DNA from: Candidatus Methanoperedenaceae archaeon
Lineage (GTDB): Archaea; Halobacteriota; Methanosarcinia; Methanosarcinales; Methanoperedenaceae
Assembly (NCBI GenBank): GCA_963753595.1
Contig: CAVWCX010000028.1
Coordinates: 1 to 64,000 of the forward strand
DNA length: 64,000 nucleotides
Direction: 5' to 3'
In this document: positions 22,988 through 33,496 of the stretch, piece by piece
Layout of the letters: each line of letters starts with the position of its first letter
Numbering within the stretch: the stretch's first letter is position 1
Translations under genes and position numbers: made by a program
Notes under the pieces: generated by a model
The model's input: only the letters and a program-made list of their open reading frames with translations
Database searches by the model: none
Told to the model about the DNA's origin: nothing

Positions 22988-23914
22988 TTGAAAATATCAA
23001 TGAAAGCTATAGGTTTGCGATGCAATAACAGGGAGGATTGGAAAAAATATTATTGGATGGCATTAATCACAGGTATATTATTGTTAATTTTATTAAGTGT
23101 AAATAATGCACGCAACGAATATGCCGAATGGGAGAATATAAAAAATCAAGTGGATTCATCTCTTTTGAATGCGAGTAATTTAAAAAATTCAGGTTTTTTT
23201 TTGAAAGCAAGGGATGAATACGAGGGTATTCTCAATAATATCTCATCAAAAAGATTTCCTGATGAATATATAATAACCCAGAACAATCTAGGATATATAT
23301 ACCAGAAATTAGCTCAGGAGCAAGATGAAAGGGCTAACCTTTTAAAAGCCATTAAAGCTTACCGTGAATCATTAAAGATATCAACTGAAGATTACAATCT
23401 TATAGATCGTGCACAAACCTATAATGACCTTGGAGATGCATACAGGGATTTGGCTAAGATAAGTGATAAAAGAAATAACATTGAGAAAGCAATCGATTAT
23501 TACAATGAAACATTGAAGATGAGACCGGTTGATGAATATCCAGTAGCTTATGCAACCATTCAGAATAACCTTGGAATTGCGTATAGAATGTTGGCTGAAG
23601 AAAATGATAAAGAACTTAACCTTAAAAAAGCTTTCGATGCTAATTATGAAGCATTAAAGATCTATAGTGCTGAAAAATATACAACAGGTTATGCAACCAC
23701 CCAGAATGAACTTGGGAATGCATACTTAATGTTGGCTGAAATAAAAGATAAAGATACAAATCTTAAGAATGCTATCGATGCTTACTATGAGGCTCTAGAA
23801 ATTTTTACTGAAGATAAACATCTGACTAAATACCAGGCTATTATGTCAAACCTTGAGAAGGCTCAGAATCTGTTACAAAACAATGTTTCATTTTCAAATG
23901 TTATTCAAAATTAG
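22988..23914 (+). CDS. Membrane-anchored tetratricopeptide repeat protein
   Basis: N-terminal TM; repeated YATxQNNLGxAY...AIxAYxEALxI units. Confidence 0.88.
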   Translation: MKISMKAIGLRCNNREDWKKYYWMALITGILLLILLSVNNARNEYAEWENIKNQVDSSLLNASNLKNSGFFLKARDEYEGILNNISSKRFPDEYIITQNNLGYIYQKLAQEQDERANLLKAIKAYRESLKISTEDYNLIDRAQTYNDLGDAYRDLAKISDKRNNIEKAIDYYNETLKMRPVDEYPVAYATIQNNLGIAYRMLAEENDKELNLKKAFDANYEALKIYSAEKYTTGYATTQNELGNAYLMLAEIKDKDTNLKNAIDAYYEALEIFTEDKHLTKYQAIMSNLEKAQNLLQNNVSFSNVIQN

Positions 23915-23938
23915 CTTGAAAGAAAAAAATCGCAGAAT

Positions 23939-24544
23939 CTAAATTTTACTTCTGCGGATTATGAATAACAAACCAAACACTCCAAACCCAGTGAGTGCTA
24001 TGGTTGATAATTCAGGGACCGGTGGAGGTGGCTTGTATTCAGGTAATAGCTTATCTGTTGAACCGGAAAAGCTGCTTTGAGAACCGCTATCACTTCCATC
24101 ACCACTCCAACCACCACTAATACAAAGAGGCACTTCTATTGTCAACTCTTCTCCATTACTGGATACCAGTTTTAATGTAGAAACTCCATATGGAAGAGGA
24201 AGGTCTATACTAATTTTTGTATTTTTCAACAAATCTATTGTAGTGTTTAATGGATAAACGCTAATTGATTGGTTCTCCACATCGAGATTTATCAATCTGA
24301 GGTCGATAACTTGCTCAGAATCAGTTATATTTGTACATGTCCGGACCTCTCCAGAGAATTTCGATCCTGTGGTCTGAGGTCCTGCAGGGTATGTATTAGA
24401 TGATAGGGAATTTTCAACATTTTTTTCTTCAACATCAGGGATATTAATTCCTATGGCTGGTGAACTCCCCATCGTGATGAGGAGGATAGCTAAAAAAATC
24501 GCACAAAAAAAAATTACTATAATTCCAATGTGTATCTTATTCAT
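23939..24544 (-). CDS. Surface protein with PEF/PEP-CTERM-like sorting signal (VPEL)
   Basis: N-terminal signal/TM, Ser/Gly linker, C-terminus PPPVPELSTIALTGFGVFGLLFIIRRSKI. Confidence 0.8.
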   Translation of the reverse strand: MNKIHIGIIVIFFCAIFLAILLITMGSSPAIGINIPDVEEKNVENSLSSNTYPAGPQTTGSKFSGEVRTCTNITDSEQVIDLRLINLDVENQSISVYPLNTTIDLLKNTKISIDLPLPYGVSTLKLVSSNGEELTIEVPLCISGGWSGDGSDSGSQSSFSGSTDKLLPEYKPPPPVPELSTIALTGFGVFGLLFIIRRSKI

Positions 24545-24699
24545 ATTTATACATACACTCTTTGTCTATATAAATATTATTCTTTCAATTATATATATAT
24601 AATCATTATGAGTATAACTTGATATGAAACTTTTCGCGCTAAAATTTGTGAAATATTATGATCGGTGGTAGAAAAAGCCAATTCTATCATTATAGCCCA

Positions 24700-25101
24700 T
24701 AGATCATGAATATTTAACATACCCGAAAACAAAGTTTCATTAGACCCCCTCTCCATATATCTAAAAAAATCATAGCAGGGAATAGATAATATTCATTGCT
24801 AAGGCCAAAAGAGCCCAACTCCAAAAGGATAGCTTGTATCAGATGCAAAAGCCAGTTAAACCAGTATCACATGTGAATTATAAAGTCCTGAGATAAGTAT
24901 AAAACTATTGAAGAATAACCCTTTTTTCCTGTTTGCACAATGCTTGAAATAAGTCCCACAAAAATAGCTGCCCAAGGCTATAGACAATGCTTTGATCATA
25001 TAAGTTTGGGTTGTTAACAAGAATACCAATGACAATGTCGAGATCGGAAATATTTGATATAACAGCATTCATAAAAGGGAATGACCGATAGGGCTTGGCA
25101 A
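24700..25101 (-). pseudogene. Frameshifted YdjM/DUF457-like metal-dependent membrane hydrolase
   Basis: Across frames: LPSPIGHSL, DLDIVIGILV..YSLG, AAIFVGLI, DTSYPFGVGLFWP, LSNEYY; several frameshifts and stops. Confidence 0.65.
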
Positions 25102-25203
25102 AACATCACTTCTTTTGAAATCCTTTTCCTACTTCCTGTGTTGTAATGATGATGTAACGATGCAAATCTATAAATAATGCGTTATTAATCTACAATCATT
25201 AAT

Positions 25204-26163
25204 ATGGAGAATCAGATAATCAAAATTCCATCAATTTCAGTAGTTATTCCTCTTCTGAACGAGAGTGAAAACATAGATGAGCTTTACGAAAGTTTAAATA
25301 AAGTTATCAAATCCTATCCAAATAGAGAAGTCCTCTTCATTGACGACGGTTCTACAGACAATACCTTTGAGATACTTAAGGATCTCCACGAAAAAGATCC
25401 CTCGGTAAAAATAATCCGCTTTCGCCGTAATTTTGGTCAGACAGCTGCTTTATCTGCCGGTTTTGACCACGCCAGTGGAGATGTAATAATAACCATGGAT
25501 GGTGATATGCAGAACGATCCTGCAGATATCCCCAGATTACTTGAGAAAATAGACAAGGGTTATGATGTTGTATGTGGCTGGCGTGCTGATAGGAATGATC
25601 CATTTATCACGAAAAAAATCCCATCCAGGATGTCCAACTGGTTAGCCTACAGATTAACAGGAGTGAGACTGCACGATAGCGGCTGTACTCTAAAGGCATT
25701 TAGAAGTGAAGTAATCAAAAGTATCCGATTATACGGTGAAATGCATCGGTTTATTCCAGCAGTTGCAAGCTGGATGGGTGTCTCTATAGAAGAGATACCT
25801 GTAAAGCATAATCCACGTGTCCATGGGATATCTAAATATTCCGCATCAAGGTTGTTCAGAGGTTTCCTTGATCTTATGACCGTGAAGTTCCTGCTAAGCT
25901 ACTCAACAAGGCCTATGCAGCTTTTCGGGATCCCAGGGATAATATCAGGGTTTCTTGGTATTTTAATCGGAGTGTATTTGACGTATATCAGGCTTATTCT
26001 CGGACAAGGAATCGGGGATAGACCGCTGCTCATGCTGGCTGTTCTGCTTACGATCCTGGGGATACAATTTATCAGCATGGGATTGCTTGGTGAGATCATT
26101 ATCAGGACGTATTACGAGGTTTTGAATAAACCGATATACTCTATAAAAGAAATAATTGAATGA
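25204..26163 (+). CDS. GT2 glycosyltransferase (ArnC/GtrB-like)
   Basis: IDDGSTD, RRNFGQTAA, DGDMQNDP, LYGEMHRFIP; two C-terminal TM helices. Confidence 0.92.
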   Translation: MENQIIKIPSISVVIPLLNESENIDELYESLNKVIKSYPNREVLFIDDGSTDNTFEILKDLHEKDPSVKIIRFRRNFGQTAALSAGFDHASGDVIITMDGDMQNDPADIPRLLEKIDKGYDVVCGWRADRNDPFITKKIPSRMSNWLAYRLTGVRLHDSGCTLKAFRSEVIKSIRLYGEMHRFIPAVASWMGVSIEEIPVKHNPRVHGISKYSASRLFRGFLDLMTVKFLLSYSTRPMQLFGIPGIISGFLGILIGVYLTYIRLILGQGIGDRPLLMLAVLLTILGIQFISMGLLGEIIIRTYYEVLNKPIYSIKEIIE

Positions 26164-26186
26164 AAATTATAATATAAAATATTATT

Positions 26187-27368
26187 ATGAAAATACTTAT
26201 GCTGGCTCCAGAGCCATTTTTTGAGACACGGGGGACACCTTTCAGCGTATTTCACCGTTCAAAAGCGCTTGGAAAATTGGGACATGAAATAGACCTGTTG
26301 GTTTATCATGTGGGTGAAAATGTAAATATAGATAATGTTGTAATCCATAGGATCCCGACCCTACCTTTTGTGAAGCATGTAAAAATTGGCCCCTCCCTTA
26401 TTAAGATACCTCTGGATATTGTTTTGTTCTTTAAAGCCATCCAAATGCTTCTTATAAAAAAATATGACTGTATCCATGTACACGAAGAAGCAGCATTATT
26501 CGGAAGTATTCTAAAGAAGATCTTCGGAATGACCCAGATATACGATATGCACTCGAGTATTCCCCAGCAACTTGTAAATTTTGAATTTACGAACAATAAA
26601 GCATTAATTAAATTAGCGGTTCTCGGTGAAAAATTCATAATTAAGAATTCAGAAGCCGTAATCGCAATATGTCCCCAGCTGGGAGAAACCATAAAAAGCA
26701 TAGATCCTGAGAAAAGGTTCTGGATCATTGAAAATCCATCCGTATCAGGAAATAATTGCAAATATCCCAATGTTGAAAGTGAGAAGATAAGGAATTATTT
26801 AGGTGTTAATAACAGGAAAGTAATACTATATACGGGAACCTTTGAACCATATCAGGGAATTGATCTGATGATTAAATCCATCCCCAAAGTTATTAAAGAA
26901 GTGAAAAACGTTTTGTTTGTAATGGTTGGTGGAGAAAAAAATCAAATTGAAGAGATGGAAAAGCTGGTTGAGCAGTTGGATGTGAGAGATCATATTAGAT
27001 TTACAGGGAAACGCCCGGTAAATGAAATGCCCCTGTATATGGAGATCGCAGATATCCTTGCATCTCCCCGGATCACAGGAACAAATACACCCTTAAAATT
27101 ATATTCTTATCTTGAATCAGGAAAACCAATTGTTGCAACCAATTTATCTACTCATACACAAGTGTTAAATGAAGAAGTTGCAGTGCTGACCGAACCTGAT
27201 CCTGAAGGTTTTGCGAAAGGTTTGCTAAGAATTCTCACAAATGAGGATATGGGGGATGAGATCGGGAAGAAAGGAAAAGAACTCGCAGAAAGAAAATACA
27301 GCTACAGTGCTTATTTATCCAAAATTGAAGATGTGTATGACTATATTAAATTCTTAAAGGGGTTATGA
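26187..27368 (+). CDS. GT4 glycosyltransferase
   Basis: GT-B fold features: YTGTFEPYQG, PLKLYSYLESGKPIVAT. Confidence 0.9.
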   Translation: MKILMLAPEPFFETRGTPFSVFHRSKALGKLGHEIDLLVYHVGENVNIDNVVIHRIPTLPFVKHVKIGPSLIKIPLDIVLFFKAIQMLLIKKYDCIHVHEEAALFGSILKKIFGMTQIYDMHSSIPQQLVNFEFTNNKALIKLAVLGEKFIIKNSEAVIAICPQLGETIKSIDPEKRFWIIENPSVSGNNCKYPNVESEKIRNYLGVNNRKVILYTGTFEPYQGIDLMIKSIPKVIKEVKNVLFVMVGGEKNQIEEMEKLVEQLDVRDHIRFTGKRPVNEMPLYMEIADILASPRITGTNTPLKLYSYLESGKPIVATNLSTHTQVLNEEVAVLTEPDPEGFAKGLLRILTNEDMGDEIGKKGKELAERKYSYSAYLSKIEDVYDYIKFLKGL

Positions 27369-27369
27369 A

Positions 27370-29253
27370 GTGTGCGGAATATGCGGTTTTTATGATTTTG
27401 AAGGAGCCTATCCTGAAGAAAAAATAATTAAAAAAATGTGTTCAGTGATCGAGCACAGGGGGCCGGATGATGAAGGTTTATTCCTGGAAAATGGAATTGG
27501 ATTGGGAATGCGCAGGCTTAGCATTATTGACGTTGATGGAGGACATCAGCCTGTTCATAATGAGGATAGTACCATATGGATAGTCTTCAATGGGGAATTA
27601 TACAATTATAGAGAACTTCGTTCCTCGCTTGAAAAAAAGCACAGGTTTTACACATCCAGCGATACTGAGGTTATAATCCATCTTTATGAAGAATATGGAG
27701 AAGGATTTGTTTCTAAACTGAATGGCATGTTCGGTCTTGCAATATGGGATTCAAAAAATAATAAACTCCTGTTGGCAAGAGACCGTATAGGTATAAAACC
27801 ACTACATTATATTAATACCAATAATAAATTGATCTTTGGCTCTGAAATAAAATCAATACTCCAGCATCCCGATGTAAAACGCGAGGTCAACCTTAAAGCA
27901 TTTCATTATTTTCTTTCATTTGAATATATTCCTGCTCCGGAGAGCATATTTAAGGGAATTACAAAGCTTTTGCCTGGCCATATATTAGTATGTAAAGAGG
28001 GAAGGACTTTAATTAGAAAATATTGGGATATTGAATTTTCAAACAATGGTTTTTCAGAGGATATTATTTGTGACAAAATTGTCAATGTACTAAAAAAATC
28101 AGTGGATCTGGAAATGGTAAGTGATGTTCCTCTAGGGGCCTTTTTGAGCGGGGGGATTGATTCAAGTGCAATTGTAGCTATGATGAGCCAGCTCAGTAAA
28201 GAGCCAGTTAAAACTTTTTCTATTGGTTTTGAGGATCAATCATACAATGAACTGAAATATGCCAGGATCGTAGCTGATCGCTTTAGTACAGATCACTATG
28301 AAGAGATCATTAAACCAGATGCAGTTAAACTTGCCAGTAACATAATCAGATATTTTGACGAACCCTTCGCAGACGTTTCAGCATTTTCAACATATCTTGT
28401 TTCAGAGATGGCAAGGAAGCATGTAAAGGTCGCACTTTCTGGAGATGGGGGTGATGAATTGTTCGCCGGCTATGACTGGTATATTGCCAGTCGTTTTAAT
28501 AAATATTATAAAAAAATCCCATCGATCTTGAGAAATAATGTTATCCCGCCAGCGGTACAGAAGCTTCCTCATTCTTCCCAAAAAAAAGGTCTCACTAATA
28601 TCCTTAAGCGATTTGTTGAGGGTTCTTCCCTACCTGAGGAAGGAAGGCATGTCAGATGGCAGTTTTTTTTGCCGGACCAGGAAAAATTATATTCAACCAA
28701 GTTAAAAAATGAATTGAAGGATGTGAACTCCTTTGAATTAATAAACAGACTATATTTGAACAACAATACGGAAGAATCTCTAAGTAAAGAGCAGTATGTG
28801 GACCTAAAGATGTACCTGCCTGATGATATTCTTGTAAAGGTGGATAGAATGAGCATGGCTAACTCATTGGAGGCAAGAGTTCCCCTTTTGAATCGGCTTT
28901 TTGTTGAACTTATTTCAACTATACCTCCAAATCTCAAGCTTCACGGGCTTTCCACCAAATATATTTTTAAAAAAGCCATGTTGAAACTACTTCCAAGAGA
29001 TATTATTTACCGGAAAAAACAGGGATTCAGTATTCCTATGAAAAACTGGCTCCGTGAGGATCTAAGGGATATGATGATGGAAACACTTTCAAGGGGAAGG
29101 ATAGAAGAGAAAGGTTATGTAGAATATGAATATGTAAATAAGTTGATGAACCAGCATATTGAGAAAAAGAGAAATAATGCCCATCAACTGTGGTCTCTCA
29201 TGGTTTTTGAGATGTGGCATGAAATGTATATGGATACTGAAGTGGGTAATTGA
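27370..29253 (+). CDS. asnB: Asparagine synthase-family glutamine amidotransferase
   Basis: MCGI N-terminal nucleophile, HRGPD, RLSIID, FLSGGIDSS, LSGDGGDELFAGY. Confidence 0.93.
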   Translation: MCGICGFYDFEGAYPEEKIIKKMCSVIEHRGPDDEGLFLENGIGLGMRRLSIIDVDGGHQPVHNEDSTIWIVFNGELYNYRELRSSLEKKHRFYTSSDTEVIIHLYEEYGEGFVSKLNGMFGLAIWDSKNNKLLLARDRIGIKPLHYINTNNKLIFGSEIKSILQHPDVKREVNLKAFHYFLSFEYIPAPESIFKGITKLLPGHILVCKEGRTLIRKYWDIEFSNNGFSEDIICDKIVNVLKKSVDLEMVSDVPLGAFLSGGIDSSAIVAMMSQLSKEPVKTFSIGFEDQSYNELKYARIVADRFSTDHYEEIIKPDAVKLASNIIRYFDEPFADVSAFSTYLVSEMARKHVKVALSGDGGDELFAGYDWYIASRFNKYYKKIPSILRNNVIPPAVQKLPHSSQKKGLTNILKRFVEGSSLPEEGRHVRWQFFLPDQEKLYSTKLKNELKDVNSFELINRLYLNNNTEESLSKEQYVDLKMYLPDDILVKVDRMSMANSLEARVPLLNRLFVELISTIPPNLKLHGLSTKYIFKKAMLKLLPRDIIYRKKQGFSIPMKNWLREDLRDMMMETLSRGRIEEKGYVEYEYVNKLMNQHIEKKRNNAHQLWSLMVFEMWHEMYMDTEVGN

Positions 29254-29254
29254 T

Positions 29255-30043
29255 ATGAGTAATAATGTAAATGACGTTGGAACATTGGAAGCAATTAGAC
29301 AGTACTGGAATGAGCACATTCATGACCTAAAAATTGCAAAGCATCCGGTTGGAACTGAAGGTTTTTTCAAAGATCTTGAACAATACAGATTCGAAAAATT
29401 GGATTACCTGCCAAAAGTTGTGGATTTTTCTAAATATAAAAATAAATCTATTTTAGAAATAGGGTGTGGTGTAGGTACTGACCTAACAAAATTTTCCGAA
29501 AAAGGTGCAAGAGTAACAGGCGTAGATCTTGCAGAAAAATCCATAGAATTGGCCAAAAAGAACTTTGCATACAACCACCTGGATGCGGACCTACGTGTAA
29601 TGAATGGAGAAAAACTTGAATTTGATGAGGACAGTTTCGATGTTATCTATGCTCATGGAGTTATTCAATACACTGCTAACGATGAAAAAATGATAGATGA
29701 GATATTCCGTGTTTTAAAACCTGGTGGGGAAGCTATAATTATGGTTTATAACAAGTATTCGTGGTTGAATTTTATGTCAAAACTTTTTAAAACTGAACTA
29801 GAGCACGAAGATGCACCTGTCCTTAATAAATATTCTATTTGGCACATGAAAAAAATGCTTCACATGTTTTCAAACGTCAAGATAATTCCAGAACGCTTTC
29901 CAGTAAAAACTCGTTTACATCAGGGATTGAAAGCTATGGTTTTTAATGGCGTATTTGTTCCATTGTTTAATATTATTCCCAGACCAATAGTAAGACCATT
30001 TGGCTGGCACATAATGATATTTGCATATAAAGGAAAAGTATGA
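29255..30043 (+). CDS. Class I SAM-dependent methyltransferase
   Basis: ILEIGCGVG motif I, FDVIY, RVLKPGG; ATG just after the asnB stop. Confidence 0.9.
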   Translation: MSNNVNDVGTLEAIRQYWNEHIHDLKIAKHPVGTEGFFKDLEQYRFEKLDYLPKVVDFSKYKNKSILEIGCGVGTDLTKFSEKGARVTGVDLAEKSIELAKKNFAYNHLDADLRVMNGEKLEFDEDSFDVIYAHGVIQYTANDEKMIDEIFRVLKPGGEAIIMVYNKYSWLNFMSKLFKTELEHEDAPVLNKYSIWHMKKMLHMFSNVKIIPERFPVKTRLHQGLKAMVFNGVFVPLFNIIPRPIVRPFGWHIMIFAYKGKV

Positions 30044-31701
30044 AGAGAGACACAACTCAGTTAACTAAAAAGGTTTATGACCTTGTAATTATAGGTGGAG
30101 GCATCTACGGTGCAGCTGCTGCATGGGATGCTTCATCAAGAGGTTTATCAGTAGCATTGTTAGAAAAAGAGGATTTCGGATCAAAAAATTCATCAAACAG
30201 TCAAAAAACAATTCATGGCGGACTGAGATATATACAGCACGGTGATATCAAGCGAATGAGAGAGTCAATATGTGAAAGGACATCTCTTATGCGGATAGCA
30301 CCTCATCTTGTCCATCCAATGCCCTGTCTTATACCCACTTATGGGCGACTTATGCAGAGTGTAATGCCTATTGCTTTGAAAATCTATGACCTTGTAAGTT
30401 TTGATCGGAATAAGTTAAAAGACCCTCAAAAACACATTCCTCCTGGGAGGGCTATATCGAGGGAGGAATGTATAAAAATGATCCCAGGCATCAAAGAAGA
30501 CGGTCTGTCAGGTGGGGTGATCTGGTATGACAGTCAAGTATACAATACAGAGCGCATGGTCATGTCCTTTGTTAAATCTGCAGTAATGGCTGGAGCTGAT
30601 GTAGCGAATTATGTTAAAGTAATCGGGTTTTTAAAGGAAGGGGACAGGGTAAATGGTATTAAAGCAAAAGATATGCTGAACGATTGTGAGATTGAGATAA
30701 AGGCGAAAATGGTATTAAATTCTAGCGGGCCGTGGGTGGACAGTATATTGGATTTAATAAATGGATCGCATAGTCATTTGACCCTTTTAACCAGAATGAT
30801 GGTCATTGTGGCAAATCGTCGTTTTGCTCATGAATATGCTTTTGGTTTTCCATCAAGGAAAAAATCCGAAGATAAGGATGCTGTTGTTAACAAAGGTTAC
30901 CGTCTTCTTTTTATCTCCCCGTGGAGAGACTATTCTTTAATAGGAACAGCTCAAGAACTGTATGAAGGTGATCCGGATAAAAATCATATTACCGAAAATG
31001 ATATCCAGAGCTTCATCCAAGAAGTGAATGAAGCTTATCCATATGCTGCACTTTTACGAAAAGACGTCTCTTTTTTTTATAGAGGGCTTCTTCCTATTGA
31101 CGGGGTCAATCCAAATGGAGATGTCAATCTGGTCAAGCGTTTTAGAATATATGATCATGAGAAAGAAGGTATTAAAGGATTGATTTCTATAATTGGTGTT
31201 AAATACACAGAAGGCAGGTTCGTAGCACAGATGGCAATTGATATGGTTTATAAGAAGCTTGGAATAAATTCACCTAAATGCAAAACTATGGAAACACCGG
31301 TCAAGGGTGGACAAATCGGAAAATTCAATGATTTTCTGAAAAATGCTATTGAAAATAGACCGAAAAAATTAAGCGAAGAGACAATGAAACAACTAGTCTA
31401 TAACTATGGATCTGAATATCTGGAAATAGTAAAATATATAAATGAAGATTCAACTAATGCAAAAAGAGTATCAAATACATCATATGTTATTAAAGCTGAA
31501 ATATTCTTCAATATCAGGGAAGAAATGGCTTACAAGCTGGCTGATATAGTTATGAGGCGCACTGAACTGGGAACTGCAGAATATCCTGGAAAAGAAGCAC
31601 TGAAAACCTGCGCTGATATCATGGCGCAAGAGTTGGGGTGGGACGGATCAAGAGTTCAAAGGGAGATAGAAGAAGTCAAGATGATATATAATTTAGAGTA
31701 A
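30040..31701 (+). CDS. glpD: FAD-dependent glycerol-3-phosphate dehydrogenase/oxidase family protein
   Basis: IIGGGIYG, IHGGLRY, APHLV, GVKYT, C-terminal DIVMRRT. Confidence 0.85.
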   Translation: MKRDTTQLTKKVYDLVIIGGGIYGAAAAWDASSRGLSVALLEKEDFGSKNSSNSQKTIHGGLRYIQHGDIKRMRESICERTSLMRIAPHLVHPMPCLIPTYGRLMQSVMPIALKIYDLVSFDRNKLKDPQKHIPPGRAISREECIKMIPGIKEDGLSGGVIWYDSQVYNTERMVMSFVKSAVMAGADVANYVKVIGFLKEGDRVNGIKAKDMLNDCEIEIKAKMVLNSSGPWVDSILDLINGSHSHLTLLTRMMVIVANRRFAHEYAFGFPSRKKSEDKDAVVNKGYRLLFISPWRDYSLIGTAQELYEGDPDKNHITENDIQSFIQEVNEAYPYAALLRKDVSFFYRGLLPIDGVNPNGDVNLVKRFRIYDHEKEGIKGLISIIGVKYTEGRFVAQMAIDMVYKKLGINSPKCKTMETPVKGGQIGKFNDFLKNAIENRPKKLSEETMKQLVYNYGSEYLEIVKYINEDSTNAKRVSNTSYVIKAEIFFNIREEMAYKLADIVMRRTELGTAEYPGKEALKTCADIMAQELGWDGSRVQREIEEVKMIYNLE

Positions 31702-31728
31702 TAAATATTCAAACAAGGTGATAATTAA

Positions 31729-32712
31729 ATGAAAGTTTTTGTAACAGGTGGTACTGGATTTACAGGTGGTTATCTTGTAAAAAGGTTGGTAAAAGAAGGA
31801 CATGAAGTAAGTGTACTTGCCAGAAAAACAAGTAATAAAGAACCACTTGAAAAACTTGGAGTAGAGATAACAACAGGAGATATAACAGACAGGGACCGTG
31901 TCAGGAAAGCGGTCAATGGCTGTGACAAGGTTTATCATATTGCTGCAATGTATCGTGAAGGAGGCGGTATTGGAGAAAAGCGTTTTTGGGATGTGAATGT
32001 AGTTGGTACAGAGAATATGCTGGAGGCTGCAAAAAACGCAAATGTGGAACGTTTCATACATTGCAGCACAGTTGGAGTACAGGGGGATATATCAAATCCA
32101 CCTGCGAATGAAAGCTATCCTTACAACCCGGGAGACGTATATCAAAGAACAAAGGTCGAAGGAGAAAAACGAGCTTTAGATTACTTCTCAAAGGGATTGC
32201 CAGGTGTAGTAGTGCGCCCGGTGGGTATTTATGGGCCTGGAGATTTCAGGTTCCTTAAATTGTTCAAGTCAATCTATACTGGAAGGTTTGTAATGATCGG
32301 GGATGGAAAAGTGTTATACCATCTGACTTATGTGGATGATCTCGTGGATGGTATTGTACTATGCGGCAATAAAAAAGAGGCGCTTGGACAAATATACACC
32401 ATTGGCGGTGAAAAATATCTCGCATTTAACGAACTTGTTGAAATAATAGCCAGGGCGCTTGAAGTAAAGAAGCCTCGTCTTCACTTTCCATTTTTCTGGC
32501 CTGTCTGGGCTGCTGCTCTACTATGCGAAGTAGTTTGTTATCCATTTGGTATTAATCCTCCAATATTCAGGCGCCGGGTGGATATATTCAGGAAAGATAG
32601 AGCTTTTGATATTTCAAAAGCAAGGAAAGAATTAGGTTATGAACCAAAAGTTGGGCTTGAAGAAGGTATTAAAAAGACAGCTGATTGGTATAAAAAAGAA
32701 GGTTATTTATAA
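31729..32712 (+). CDS. NAD-dependent epimerase/dehydratase
   Basis: TGGTGFTG, YQRTK catalytic motif. Confidence 0.92.
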   Translation: MKVFVTGGTGFTGGYLVKRLVKEGHEVSVLARKTSNKEPLEKLGVEITTGDITDRDRVRKAVNGCDKVYHIAAMYREGGGIGEKRFWDVNVVGTENMLEAAKNANVERFIHCSTVGVQGDISNPPANESYPYNPGDVYQRTKVEGEKRALDYFSKGLPGVVVRPVGIYGPGDFRFLKLFKSIYTGRFVMIGDGKVLYHLTYVDDLVDGIVLCGNKKEALGQIYTIGGEKYLAFNELVEIIARALEVKKPRLHFPFFWPVWAAALLCEVVCYPFGINPPIFRRRVDIFRKDRAFDISKARKELGYEPKVGLEEGIKKTADWYKKEGYL

Positions 32713-32742
32713 ATATTATACAATTATATATTTTAATCTTTT

Positions 32743-33495
32743 ATGAGCCCTACAATGAATAGAGAAGAATTATCGTTAGTGCAGCAAGAATTATTTATCA
32801 AACGAAAATCTTCTTTTAGAATGTATCAGGAAATGATGGTTGGGAACCACAAATTTGTTGATCTATTAAAATATGAATTTATCATGTCCATGTTTTCAAC
32901 TTTGCCTGGAGCATTGGGATTATACTTGAGAAAAAATCTTTACATATCTTTATTTAAAAAAGTGGGACGAAATGTTTTTTTTGGAAGAAATATTACATTA
33001 AGGCAGCCTTGCAAGATAAAAATTGGTAAGAATACAATAATAGATGATTTTTGCCAATTAATAGTTGATGGAGAAAATAGTATTGGTATTGATTTGGGAG
33101 ATAATATTATAATAAACCAGAATGCAAGATTGAAAGGAAATGGTTTTCTTGAGGTAGGAGATAATACTAAAATAAATTACAATTCCTTAATTAATTTTGG
33201 AGATAAAGTAAGTATTGGCAAAAATGTTCTTATAGGTGCGTATTCCATTATTGTTGGCTCTGCGACTCATAAATTTGACAGGATGGATATTCCAATTGTT
33301 GCTCAAGGCAAGGAGTCAAAAGGGGGTATCATAATAGAAGATAATGTCTGGATTGGTGCAGGGGTGATTATATTAAATGGGGTGAAAATTGGAAGAGATA
33401 GTATAATCGGAGCCGGGTCTGTGGTGACAAAAAGTATTCCAGAGTTTTCAATTGCATTTGGAGCTCCAGCAAAGGTATTCAAAAAAAGAGAATGA
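32743..33495 (+). CDS. Hexapeptide-repeat (LbH) acyltransferase
   Basis: IEDNVWIGAGVIILNGVKIGRDSIIGAGSVVTK...GAPAK. Confidence 0.9.
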   Translation: MSPTMNREELSLVQQELFIKRKSSFRMYQEMMVGNHKFVDLLKYEFIMSMFSTLPGALGLYLRKNLYISLFKKVGRNVFFGRNITLRQPCKIKIGKNTIIDDFCQLIVDGENSIGIDLGDNIIINQNARLKGNGFLEVGDNTKINYNSLINFGDKVSIGKNVLIGAYSIIVGSATHKFDRMDIPIVAQGKESKGGIIIEDNVWIGAGVIILNGVKIGRDSIIGAGSVVTKSIPEFSIAFGAPAKVFKKRE

Positions 33496-33496
33496 A

